Assembly: GCA_944377365.1 (NCBI GenBank)
Contig: CALWEQ010000009.1
Span: 15,137 to 79,136 of the forward strand
DNA from: an uncultured Clostridia bacterium
GTDB taxonomy: Bacteria; Bacillota; Clostridia; Christensenellales; UBA1242
Length of the DNA: 64,000 nt
Direction: 5' to 3'
Shown one piece after another: positions 54,989 to 64,000 of this stretch (position 1 is its first letter; every line of letters starts with the position of its first letter). Made by a program: the position numbers and the translations under genes. The notes below the pieces were generated by a model. The model was not told the origin of the DNA, searched no databases, and was given only the letters and a program-made list of their open reading frames with translations.

Positions 54989-56080
54989 ATGAAAATTGGA
55001 GTTATAGGTTTGCCTAACGTTGGCAAAAGCACATTGTTTAATGCTATAACTGAGGCGGGTGCAGAAAGCGCCAACTACCCTTTTTGCACAATAGAACCGA
55101 ATGTTGGTGTGGTGGACGTGCCAGACGAAAGGTTGGACGTACTTGGCAAGATTTACAACACTCAAAAAATCACACCTGCCAGCATTGAATTTATGGATAT
55201 CGCAGGGCTTGTGGCAGGAGCAAGCCACGGAGAAGGCCTTGGAAACAAGTTTTTAAGTCATATAAGAGAGGTCGACGCCATTGTTCATGTTGTAAGATGT
55301 TTTGAAAATGAAAAAATTATTCACGTGTCAGGTTCTATCGACCCTATTCGCGACATCGAGGTTATAAATTTAGAACTCGCGCTTGCTGACCTCGAACAAG
55401 TTACAAAAAAACTTGAAAAAGATGCTAAGCTTGTAAAAACAGGAGACAAGACCTTAATAGATGGCGTAGAAGTTTTACAAAAAATCAAAACTGCACTAGA
55501 AAACGGCCAATCCGTTCGCACATTGCCACTTTCTGAAAAAGAAAAAGAAATTTTGCATGGGTTTTCGCTTTTAACGGCAAAACCTGTAATTTATGTTGCA
55601 AATATTGCCGAAAATGACATTTTGACAGGCGAAAATTCTTTTTCAAAAAAAGTTTTTGATTATGCCAAAGCTGAAAACTCTGCCTGCATAACATTATGTG
55701 CAAAAATCGAAGAAGAGCTTGTTTCTTTGCCAAAGGAGGAACGGCCTTTTTACAAAGAAGAACTAGGAATTAAACAAAGTGGACTAGAAAAACTAGTAAG
55801 AGCCAGCTATGATCTTTTGGGTTTAATGAGCTTTTTAACAGCTGGCGAAAAAGAAGTTCGAGCTTGGACTATAAAGAAAGGAACAAAGGCACCTCAAGCT
55901 GCAGGAAAAATTCACACTGATTTTGAAAAAGGATTTATAAAGGCCGAAATTGTGTCTTACAATGATTTGGTTGAAGCTGGCTCTTTTTTAAAAGCAAAAG
56001 AAAAAGGAAAAGTTCGAATTGAAGGCAAGGATTACATTATGCAAGATGGTGACGTCGTTCTTTTTAGGTTTAACGTATGA
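54989..56080 (+). CDS. ychF: ribosome-binding ATPase YchF
   Basis: MKIGVIGLPNVGKSTLFNA, DIAGLVAGAS, and a C-terminal TGS-like domain. Confidence 0.96.
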   Translation: MKIGVIGLPNVGKSTLFNAITEAGAESANYPFCTIEPNVGVVDVPDERLDVLGKIYNTQKITPASIEFMDIAGLVAGASHGEGLGNKFLSHIREVDAIVHVVRCFENEKIIHVSGSIDPIRDIEVINLELALADLEQVTKKLEKDAKLVKTGDKTLIDGVEVLQKIKTALENGQSVRTLPLSEKEKEILHGFSLLTAKPVIYVANIAENDILTGENSFSKKVFDYAKAENSACITLCAKIEEELVSLPKEERPFYKEELGIKQSGLEKLVRASYDLLGLMSFLTAGEKEVRAWTIKKGTKAPQAAGKIHTDFEKGFIKAEIVSYNDLVEAGSFLKAKEKGKVRIEGKDYIMQDGDVVLFRFNV

Positions 56081-56451
56081 GAAACTTTACCTCACTTGAA
56101 CTAGCTTTCATCGGCGACGCAATACACACCGCGTTTGTCAGAAAGTGGGCTTTGCTCAATCATGACAAACCTATAAATGAACTGCACAAAATATGTTCAA
56201 AATTTTGTAGTGCTGTGCTTCAATCAAGCGTCTTGGACACGCTTGAACTGACCGATGAAGAAAAAGAAATTGCACGAAAAGCTAGAAACGCAAAAATCAA
56301 ACATCAGGCAAAAAATTCAGGCACTGCGGAATACAAAAAAGCAACAGCTTTTGAAGCAATAATAGGCTATCTTTTTCTTTCGCAAAACTATGAAAGATTA
56401 AACTACTTATTACAAAAATCAATCGTCAACGGAGGGACAGATGCAATTTGA
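56077..56451 (+). CDS. mrnC: mini-ribonuclease III
   Basis: LELAFIGDAIHTAFVRKW...ATAFEAIIGYLFL. Canonical position before rlmB-sigH. Confidence 0.88.
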   Translation: MRNFTSLELAFIGDAIHTAFVRKWALLNHDKPINELHKICSKFCSAVLQSSVLDTLELTDEEKEIARKARNAKIKHQAKNSGTAEYKKATAFEAIIGYLFLSQNYERLNYLLQKSIVNGGTDAI

Positions 56452-57151
56452 AGGAAAAAACGCGATAAGACAAGCTTTGCAAGCAGACATAACAATAAAC
56501 AAAATTTTGGTGGATCAGAACTATGCAAATCGAAAAGACGATTTAATTATGCTTGCTCGTGAAAAAAAAATAAGAATTGAATTTGCGCCAAAGCAAGCAC
56601 TTGATCGAAAATCAACCACATCTCATCACCAAGGCTACATCGCCTTTGCTGTTGATTTTGCTTACACTCCCCTTGAAAAACTTTCTTCTAAAGATTTGCC
56701 TTTTTATGTTTTGCTTGATGGAATAGAAGACCCACACAATTTAGGTGCGATCATTAGATCATGCGAGTGTGCAGGTGTTGATGGAATTGTTATACCCAAA
56801 AACAGAGCTTGTCAAGTTAATGACACTGTGATAAGAACAAGCACAGGTGCGATTGCAAATGTAAAAATTGCTCAAGTGACAAATTTAAAAGAAGCCATTG
56901 ACTATTTTAAAAAGAAAAACATTTGGGTTTTTGCAGCAGAAACAGGCGGAGAATGTATTTACAAAAAAAACCTCAATGTCCCACTCGCTGTAATAATAGG
57001 TTCAGAAGGAAAAGGTGTAAGGCCTAGCATACTTGAAAAATGTGATGGCGTGATTTCATTGCCACTGAAAGGACAAGTCAATTCATTAAACGCTAGCGTC
57101 GCTTGTGGCATTGTGGTTTTTGAAGTATTAAGACAAAGGATAAATTTATGA
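56441..57151 (+). CDS. rlmB: 23S rRNA 2'-O-ribose methyltransferase, SpoU/TrmH family (RlmB/YacO)
   Basis: LDGIEDPHNLGAIIRS, IIGSEGKGVR, PLKGQVNSLNASVACG. Confidence 0.88.
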   Translation: MQFEGKNAIRQALQADITINKILVDQNYANRKDDLIMLAREKKIRIEFAPKQALDRKSTTSHHQGYIAFAVDFAYTPLEKLSSKDLPFYVLLDGIEDPHNLGAIIRSCECAGVDGIVIPKNRACQVNDTVIRTSTGAIANVKIAQVTNLKEAIDYFKKKNIWVFAAETGGECIYKKNLNVPLAVIIGSEGKGVRPSILEKCDGVISLPLKGQVNSLNASVACGIVVFEVLRQRINL

Positions 57152-57732
57152 CAGATGAACAACTTGTAAAACTTGCAAAAGATGGCGATTCCAACGCAGA
57201 ATTAGAACTTTTTAATCGTTATAGAACGGCTATGACAAAACTAAGCCGAGGCTTTTATTTGGTTGGTGGAGATGTTGAAGACGTTGTGCAAGAGAGCATG
57301 ATTGGATTTTTTAAAGCGATCAAAAACTACGACCCAAACAAAGAAGCGTCATTTTCGACTTTTGCAAACATTTGCATGCGTAGACAAATACAGTCCGCTA
57401 TTAGAAATGCTTCTACTCAAAAGAATTTGGTTTTATCCTCCGCCCTACCAATAACAGACGAAGAGAATGATGATCTAGGAATATTTTTAATTTCAGATGG
57501 TTTAAGTCCAGAGCAAATTTTGACAAACAAGCAGATGGCTTTGGAACTTAAAACTTGCATTGCAAAAGAGCTATCCTTACTCGAACAAAAAGTTTTAAAA
57601 CTTTATCTTAGTGGATTGAGTTATCAAGAAATTGCCAACAAAACTGGTCAAACAAAAAAAAGCATTGACAATGCCTTGTCTAGAATAAAGAAGAAAATTT
57701 CTAACATGAGAAAAATTATATTCAATTTGTAA
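57148..57732 (+). CDS. sigH: sigma-70 family sigma factor, SigH-like
   Basis: Region 2 (DVVQESMIGFFKAIKNYD...FSTFANICMRRQI) and region 4 HTH (LSYQEIANKTGQTKKSIDNALSRIKKK). Context is mrnC-rlmB-sigH. Confidence 0.8.
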   Translation: MTDEQLVKLAKDGDSNAELELFNRYRTAMTKLSRGFYLVGGDVEDVVQESMIGFFKAIKNYDPNKEASFSTFANICMRRQIQSAIRNASTQKNLVLSSALPITDEENDDLGIFLISDGLSPEQILTNKQMALELKTCIAKELSLLEQKVLKLYLSGLSYQEIANKTGQTKKSIDNALSRIKKKISNMRKIIFNL

Positions 57733-57786
57733 TTGTTTGACAAAAGAACTTTAATGGTGATAAATTTAAATGCGGAGAATAATATT

Positions 57787-59751
57787 ATGGAAAATTTTGT
57801 AAAACCTCGTCCTACATTCCCTAAAAGGGCAGTTGTAACAGGTGGAATGCCATATGGCAACAAACATTTGCATTTTGGGCATTTGGCAGTCATGCTTCGC
57901 GCCGACACAATCGCAAGGTTTTTGCGAGATAGAATTGGCAATGAAAATGTGATTTTTGTTTCGGGGACAGATTGCTATGGTTCTACTGCGACTGAAGGCT
58001 ATAGAAAAGCAAAATTGAGTGGGCAAATTCCAGAAAACGTCAGCTTGCAAGACTTTATTTATTCAAATCACATTCATCAAAAAGAGACTTTTGAAATGTT
58101 TGAAATAAAACATAACCTTTTTGGTGCTTCTGCTTTTGAGCCAATGAAATCTGAACACATAAAAATGAGCGAAAGCTTTATTAAAACACTTTACAAAAAC
58201 AATATGATTTCAAAACACTCTTCTTTTCAGTTCTTTGATTCAAAAATTGGTGTTTTGTTAAATGGCAGACAAGTGATAGGTCGCTGTCCTATTGAAGGTT
58301 GCCAGAGCGAAAAGGGTTATGCAGACGAGTGCGACTTGGGGCATCAATATCTGCCTATGGATTTAATCGACCCCGTTAGCGCTCTCAGTGGGACAAAGCC
58401 AGAATTAAAAAAAGTAGAAAATTGGTATTTTGACCTTGACAAATGTGTTGATGAAATGAAAACTTGGATTGAGGATGTTGAAAAACGCTCCGACTCCCCT
58501 GTTTTTATGATTAGAGAGATAAAAGAATTTTTAAAAAAACCTGAGATTTATGTAAAAAAAGAATATATGGATTTACTAAAAACCTTGAAACTTCCAAATT
58601 ATGAAATCGTAGAAAAAAATGGTCCAAGTTCTACTATTGTTTTTGACAAACTCTCTGACAGAGAAAAGGCTTGCGAAATTCTTTCTTCAAACGGTTTGCA
58701 CTATCGAACTGGCAAAACACTTGTTCCATTTAGATTGACAGGAAATGATCCTTGGGGTGTTGCATGCCCAGAAATCGATGGCTTAAAAGATCAAACCTTT
58801 TATGTTTGGCCAGAAAGTTTGTGGGCTCCTATTTCTTTGACAAAAGCATATTTAAAATCTATTGGAAAATCTGATGACGAATGGGAAAAATATTGGAAAA
58901 GCAAAGATGCTGAGGTGTATCAAATTATTGGCGAAGACAATCTGTCTTTCTATGGCCCAGCTCAACAAGCTATGTGGCTACACATGCAAAATGGAAAAGT
59001 TAAATATCCTGCAAAAGATGGAGATTTTCGCAACACGCGTTTAGTACCAATCAAACATCTCTTATTTTTAAACAAAAAAGCAAGTTCATCAGGCTCTATC
59101 AAGCCTCCTATGGCAAGAGAATTTTTAAATTACTACACACCCGAACAATTAAGAATGCACTTTTTGGGGATGAACCTTTCCAACAACAACGTAAACTTTA
59201 TGCCAAAACCTTTCAATCCAGAAGCAAAAGCAGAGGAAGTTGACCCTGTTTTAAAAGAAGGCAATCTGCTTACTAATGTCTACAATCGAATTTTGCGCAC
59301 TTTCTTTTACAGCACTCAAAATAATTTTAATGGCGTCGTTCCAGATGCTGAAATATCTCAGGAAATTTTAGATAAATGTGAAAAGGCTTGTTTGGACTAT
59401 GAAAGATTTATGTATGACAAGAAATTACATCAGGTTGTCAACGTAGTCGATGTTTTTGTCAGAGACATAAACAAGATGTGGGTCAAAGAAGTGAATGGTT
59501 GCGACGAAGCAAAGCTAAAAATTCTCACAGTAAACACCTTGCAATTAATAAAAACTGCCAACCTTCTCCTTCACCCAATGGCGCCTAGCGGAACAGAAAA
59601 CGTTGCAGAATATCTCGGTTTTGACAAAACAAAAGCTTTTTCTTGGGCTTATGCTTTCGACGATTACAAAGCAATAAAACCAAAAGCAGAAATAAAGTTT
59701 ATAGAAGAAAAATTTGATTTTTTCAAAAAACATCCATCTCAACTTGTTTAA
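57787..59751 (+). CDS. metG: methionine--tRNA ligase (non-canonical KMSKS loop)
   Basis: GMPYGNKHLHFGHL (HIGH) and Zn knuckle CPIEGCQSEKGYADECDLGH. The anticodon-binding C-terminus follows. At the KMSKS position the sequence reads LNKKASSSGS. Start at ATG 57787. Confidence 0.85.
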   Translation: MENFVKPRPTFPKRAVVTGGMPYGNKHLHFGHLAVMLRADTIARFLRDRIGNENVIFVSGTDCYGSTATEGYRKAKLSGQIPENVSLQDFIYSNHIHQKETFEMFEIKHNLFGASAFEPMKSEHIKMSESFIKTLYKNNMISKHSSFQFFDSKIGVLLNGRQVIGRCPIEGCQSEKGYADECDLGHQYLPMDLIDPVSALSGTKPELKKVENWYFDLDKCVDEMKTWIEDVEKRSDSPVFMIREIKEFLKKPEIYVKKEYMDLLKTLKLPNYEIVEKNGPSSTIVFDKLSDREKACEILSSNGLHYRTGKTLVPFRLTGNDPWGVACPEIDGLKDQTFYVWPESLWAPISLTKAYLKSIGKSDDEWEKYWKSKDAEVYQIIGEDNLSFYGPAQQAMWLHMQNGKVKYPAKDGDFRNTRLVPIKHLLFLNKKASSSGSIKPPMAREFLNYYTPEQLRMHFLGMNLSNNNVNFMPKPFNPEAKAEEVDPVLKEGNLLTNVYNRILRTFFYSTQNNFNGVVPDAEISQEILDKCEKACLDYERFMYDKKLHQVVNVVDVFVRDINKMWVKEVNGCDEAKLKILTVNTLQLIKTANLLLHPMAPSGTENVAEYLGFDKTKAFSWAYAFDDYKAIKPKAEIKFIEEKFDFFKKHPSQLV

Positions 59752-59845
59752 TCTCGCACTCAAAAGCGATAAAAGAAAATCAAATAATTAAAAAACAATC
59801 TCAAATTTATTAAAAAACAATATTTAAAATTTTATTTAAAAACTG

Positions 59846-59877
59846 CACTTTATTTAAATTAAAGTGTTGTTTTTTTA
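59846..59877 (+). terminator. intrinsic terminator after metG
   Basis: CACTTTAtttaaatTAAAGTG followed by ttgttttttt. Confidence 0.6.
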
Positions 59878-60030
59878 TTGGATTAAATGTCAATAGATTT
59901 GTTACTACGAAAAGTTTTACTTTTAAAACTTAAATTTTAAAATTAATTTTAAGTCAAAATGTGAGCCATGAAAATACAAGCCTGAAAAACTCTTTTGCTT
60001 TAAGTGAAGTACAAAAATATTTACAAAATC

Positions 60031-60301
<271 letters not shown>

Positions 60302-60311
60302 ACGTGATTAT

Positions 60312-60340
60312 AGTATATGCCCTTTTGTTAAAATTGTCAA
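60312..60340 (-). promoter_or_regulatory. promoter of tRNA-fMet
   Basis: Minus strand has TTGACA (60340-60335), a 17-nt spacer, then TATACT (60317-60312). This is about 10 nt before the tRNA 5' end. Confidence 0.6.
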
Positions 60341-60459
60341 CAAATTTTTAAAATTTTTGTTTTTTATTTAAAATTTTTTGTTAAACTTCTGCTTTTTTTT
60401 GTTAATTATTTTTATATTTCGTCAAAAAATTGCTATAATGTCTTTGACTAGGAGAAAAT

Positions 60460-61869
60460 ATGATTATTGGTGTCGACATTGATGATGTAATAGCAGAGTT
60501 TTCAAAAGCATATGTTCCGTGTGCAATTTATCTAAATTCTAAAAACCACAAAACAGGCTTTAAGGATAAAAAATTGTTTCCAACAAAAGGTATGTTTTTT
60601 TGGTCAAAAAACGAATGTCAGAATAATAACAAATACTGTGTGTCAACAATATTTGATTTTATAAAACCAAAAAGCGACGCAAGATCCTGTTTTGCACGTT
60701 TAAAAGAAAATGGCCACAAAATAGTGTTGATTAGCGCCCGTGGAAAAGACGGATACTCAACAAGAAAACAAACAATAAATTGGTTAAGAAACAATGGTAT
60801 ATGTTATGACAAACTTTTTACGCACATTTCTGATAAGGTAGAAATTGCAAAAAAAGAAAAAATAGACATTATGATTGAAGATCAATACCATTTAGCAAAC
60901 CAAATGCAAAACGCGGGTATAAAAACTATTTTATTTAAATCTTACTTTAACGGTAATGAAAAAACAAAATGTAAGATATTTAATTCCTGGATAGATGTTT
61001 ATGAATACATAAATCCAGGCAATCCAATTAAAGATTTACCAGTCATCATCGACACGGATGTTTGCAACGAAGTTGATGATGAATTTGCACTTGCATATTT
61101 GTTAAAATCAAATTTAAACTTAAAAGCCATAACAATCGCGCCTAATTTCTTTTTAACTTCAGCAAACTTAGATATAGAGAAGAATTGCTTAAATTCTTAC
61201 AAAAAAGCAGTTCAAATCTGCAACTTGACTAATAAGAGTTTCAAAGATAAAGTTTTTATGGGGTCGACAAATTTTTGCACAGTAGGATTTGACACAACTT
61301 CGCCAGCAGTTGAAAAAATTATTGAAACAGCAAGACAAAACGACAAAACATTAATTGTTGCCATAGGCGCGCCAACAAACATCTCCTTAGCATTAAAAAA
61401 AGCCCCTGACATCAAAAACAAAATCAAAATATTGTTTCTAGGCGGTGACTTTTTTACTATGGACAACAATGAATATAACTATGCACAAGATTACGTAGCA
61501 ACAAATCACCTTTTTTCTGCGGGGTTAGACCTCACCGTTTTCCCGGTGCAAAATGTAACAGAAAAACTGATTTTAAGCTTGCCTTACTTAGTTGAAAAAC
61601 TTGAAAAAAATGAGTGCAATAAGATTTTAATAAAGGATTTTGAAAAAACGATAAAAAAATTTAAAATTACAATAAAGTCACTGTTTGATGTTTGTCCAAT
61701 CGCTTATATTTTAAATCAAAATTTGTTTGATGTTCAAAACATAAATTATGGTGTTTTAAACACTCGATTAGATTTTACAAAAAATAAATATAACGCAAAT
61801 TTTGTCGTAGACTTTAAAATAAACGCCGTTTTAGACAGCTTAATAAATGCACTAAACAAAAGGAATTAA
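60460..61869 (+). CDS. fusion: HAD-type 5'(3')-deoxyribonucleotidase-like domain + inosine/uridine-preferring nucleoside hydrolase domain
   Basis: N-terminus IIGVDIDDVIAEF...VLISARG...MIEDQ carries the HAD DxDxV motif (NT5C-like). From about residue 195, VIIDTDVCNEVDDEFALAYLL is the IUNH DxDxxxDD fingerprint. An extended -10 (tgcTATAAT, 60431-60439) lies upstream. Confidence 0.75.
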   Translation: MIIGVDIDDVIAEFSKAYVPCAIYLNSKNHKTGFKDKKLFPTKGMFFWSKNECQNNNKYCVSTIFDFIKPKSDARSCFARLKENGHKIVLISARGKDGYSTRKQTINWLRNNGICYDKLFTHISDKVEIAKKEKIDIMIEDQYHLANQMQNAGIKTILFKSYFNGNEKTKCKIFNSWIDVYEYINPGNPIKDLPVIIDTDVCNEVDDEFALAYLLKSNLNLKAITIAPNFFLTSANLDIEKNCLNSYKKAVQICNLTNKSFKDKVFMGSTNFCTVGFDTTSPAVEKIIETARQNDKTLIVAIGAPTNISLALKKAPDIKNKIKILFLGGDFFTMDNNEYNYAQDYVATNHLFSAGLDLTVFPVQNVTEKLILSLPYLVEKLEKNECNKILIKDFEKTIKKFKITIKSLFDVCPIAYILNQNLFDVQNINYGVLNTRLDFTKNKYNANFVVDFKINAVLDSLINALNKRN

Positions 61870-61870
61870 A

Positions 61871-62572
61871 ATGAAAATTGAAGTAGTAGGGTCTGGAAAT
61901 TCCTGGACAAAGCGTCTTTCGACAAGTTTTATCATAGACGATCACATTTTAATAGACGTGCCACAAGGCTCTTTTAAATCGCTTTTTACTAATAAAAAAT
62001 TGGAAAATATTGACACTGTCATTTTGACTCATTATCACAGCGATCATTGGGCAGATTTGCATTTGTTTATACAAACTTTAAAACATAAAAAATTTGCAGG
62101 TAAATTAAAACTGTTTGCGCCAGAGGGGTTTTGGAACAAGTATGAAACCTTAACATCAGCATTTTGCGTCAGCAATAATTTCGAATTTGCTAAACAACAT
62201 ATTTCATATTCCCAGCTTTACAATGGAAAAATATTTAAAATTGCCAATTTAAAACTTACAACATATGAAGTCTTGCACATCCCAAACACTTTTGGGTTTG
62301 TAATCGACGATGGCAAAACAAAGATCGGTTTTAGCGCAGATACTGCAATGTGCGATTCTTTGATTAAATTAATAAAAAAATCCAGTCATGTTTTTATTGA
62401 TGTTTCTTCAATAGAATTAAACAAAAATCATTTAAGTGTTAATGAAGTTTTAAATTTGAAAAAAGAATTTGAAAACGTAAACTTTTATGCAATTCACTAC
62501 TTAGATGATGTTGCCTTTAAGTTGAAACGAAAAATAAATATTGCTCACGATGGTGAAATTTTCAATTTTTAA
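61871..62572 (+). CDS. MBL-fold metallo-hydrolase
   Basis: VILTHYHSDHWADL (HxHxDH) with later His/Asp ligands. Confidence 0.75.
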   Translation: MKIEVVGSGNSWTKRLSTSFIIDDHILIDVPQGSFKSLFTNKKLENIDTVILTHYHSDHWADLHLFIQTLKHKKFAGKLKLFAPEGFWNKYETLTSAFCVSNNFEFAKQHISYSQLYNGKIFKIANLKLTTYEVLHIPNTFGFVIDDGKTKIGFSADTAMCDSLIKLIKKSSHVFIDVSSIELNKNHLSVNEVLNLKKEFENVNFYAIHYLDDVAFKLKRKINIAHDGEIFNF

Positions 62573-62696
62573 GCGTTTAAAATCAAAATCACATGGTTTT
62601 TAATTGGTTATTAAAACTTTTTTCTCTCAAAAAAAATTATTCAATTCTTTATCATGCTGTTTTGTTTATTTTCTTTCTTGTTGCAAATAATAAATT

Positions 62697-63266
62697 ATGA
62701 AATTCTTAAAAAATCTCACGCTTTACATAAGCGCGTTTATGCCAATGTATTTTTTGGTGTTAATAAAATTGATAGTTGAACTCATCAATTCAAATTTAAC
62801 ATTTAATGTTTTAAATTCTATCAATCTTGCCACCTTGCTTTTGCTAAGTGGAGCAAGCATATGGGGACTTTTGTGGAATATAAGGTTTAACAATGAAGAA
62901 GCAAAGGAAGTGAGAATATTATCGAAAAAAAACATAACTGATCAACATTTTTTAGGTTATTTCTCCCTCTTCGTTTTGTTTGCTATACCGCTTGATTTGT
63001 CACACGTGAGTGTTTTTTGTGTTTATGTGTTGACAATAATTTTGATAGGTATAGTTTATATGAAAAATTCTCTATATTACATAAATCCATTTTTAAATAT
63101 ACTTGGTTACAGTTTTTACGATATTGAATATTGCGAAATTGGTTCAGAAAAAATAAAACGAGCGAAAATGTTTCATAAAGGAGAATTACAAATTCAGGAC
63201 AAAACTTTTTTTGTTAAGCTAAAAAATGAACATTTTTCTTTTGTCGATGAACAAAAAAAGAATTAG
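62697..63266 (+). CDS. hypothetical membrane protein
   Basis: 189-aa ORF with about 4 TM helices and a soluble C-terminal ~60 aa. Confidence 0.5.
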   Translation: MKFLKNLTLYISAFMPMYFLVLIKLIVELINSNLTFNVLNSINLATLLLLSGASIWGLLWNIRFNNEEAKEVRILSKKNITDQHFLGYFSLFVLFAIPLDLSHVSVFCVYVLTIILIGIVYMKNSLYYINPFLNILGYSFYDIEYCEIGSEKIKRAKMFHKGELQIQDKTFFVKLKNEHFSFVDEQKKN

Positions 63267-63418
63267 CAACGTTTTAAAGCTTTTCTAATGGCCATTTTTT
63301 AACAATTTGACTTCATCTTGGTGATTTTTCACTGTATGACATTTTTGTTGTTTAAATCACTTGTTTTTATGTCTATAATAATATATAATATATTATATTA
63401 ATATAAATGGAGATTAAA

Positions 63419-64000
63419 ATGACAGAAAAAACAAACGACGAGCTCGAACTTACGAGCTCCCAACACTATGGTGCCAGTGATATTCAGGTTTTGGAGGGAT
63501 TGGAGCCTGTTCGCAAGCGCCCGGGCATGTACATCGGTTCAACCGATGAGCATGGCTTACATCACCTAGTTACAGAGGTTGTTGACAACTCTATTGATGA
63601 AGCTCTTGCTGGTTATTGCACAAAAATTGACGTCACAATCAACGAAGATGGGTCTTGTAGTGTTGCAGACAATGGTCGTGGAATTCCAACAGGAATTATT
63701 GAAAAAGAGGGAAAAAGTGCCGTTGAGGTCGTTTTGACAAAACTCCATGCTGGTGGAAAATTTGGTGGAGAAGGTTATAAAATTTCTGGTGGTCTTCACG
63801 GCGTAGGTGTTTCATGTGTAAATGCACTGTCATCGAAACTTGTAGCAGAGGTGTTTCAAAACGGCCTTTACTACATCATAGAATTTTCTCGTGGGAAAAC
63901 AACTTCGCCTTTGAAAATCGTTGGCAGAACAGAAAAACGAGGAACTACAATAACTTTTTGGCCAGATGACGAAATTTTCGAAACAATAGTGTTTAATTAC
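63419..64000 (+). CDS. type IIA topoisomerase subunit B (GyrB/ParE), 5' part, continues past window end
   Basis: Not in the track because it is open at the edge. Hand-translated: [65 protein letters not shown]...[32 protein letters not shown] atggag lies upstream. I cannot separate GyrB from ParE here, and there is no dnaA/dnaN/recF context. Confidence 0.85.
   Translation, partial: MTEKTNDELELTSSQHYGASDIQVLEGLEPVRKRPGMYIGSTDEHGLHHLVTEVVDNSIDEALAGYCTKIDVTINEDGSCSVADNGRGIPTGIIEKEGKSAVEVVLTKLHAGGKFGGEGYKISGGLHGVGVSCVNALSSKLVAEVFQNGLYYIIEFSRGKTTSPLKIVGRTEKRGTTITFWPDDEIFETIVFNY

Overview
AT-rich chromosomal segment that looks like a low-GC Bacillota anaerobe. It carries rubrerythrin, an [FeFe]-hydrogenase, sigH, a SpoVB/MurJ-like flippase and DUF1540. 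The standard code is in use: TGA acts as a stop, for example in the rplI/next-gene ATGA overlap. About two thirds of the window is housekeeping. This includes valS, rpmG-secE-nusG-rplK-rplA, argS, dnaX-ybaB-recR, pgk-tpiA, dus, two HU genes, rplI, prfA-prmC, rpmE, rpsF-ssb-rpsR, secA, ychF, mrnC-rlmB-sigH, metG and a gyrB/parE-like 5' end. There are also tRNA-Ser(CGA) and initiator tRNA-fMet. Genes run almost entirely on the minus strand up to about 52.0 kb and on the plus strand after that. An accessory-looking block at about 9.2-28.4 kb sits between valS and rplA, where rplJL-rpoBC would normally follow. It holds two orphan genes in long AT-rich spacers, tRNA-Ser with an unexplained GC-rich structured element, a 1272-aa DUF4011-type SF1 helicase with a Vsr/DUF559-like nuclease, a rubredoxin-fused [FeFe]-hydrogenase, a GT2-TPR glycosyltransferase, a 2960-aa membrane-anchored surface protein behind a T16 tract, and a frameshifted hydrolase. 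The strongest leads are these. (1) dnaX is interrupted exactly at the gamma/tau boundary by an A10 slippery run. (2) Three tandem copies of a tRNA-fMet acceptor minihelix plus terminator lie 3' of tRNA-fMet. (3) The structured element lies 3' of tRNA-Ser. (4) The helicase-nuclease is a candidate single-gene defence. (5) A 59-aa Cys-cluster peptide sits divergent from an ArsR/SmtB regulator. (6) A DUF1385-PrmC fusion has degenerate DUF1385 motifs. No rRNA, CRISPR array, transposase or integrase was seen. All calls come from reading the sequence and ORF track by eye. No searches were run.
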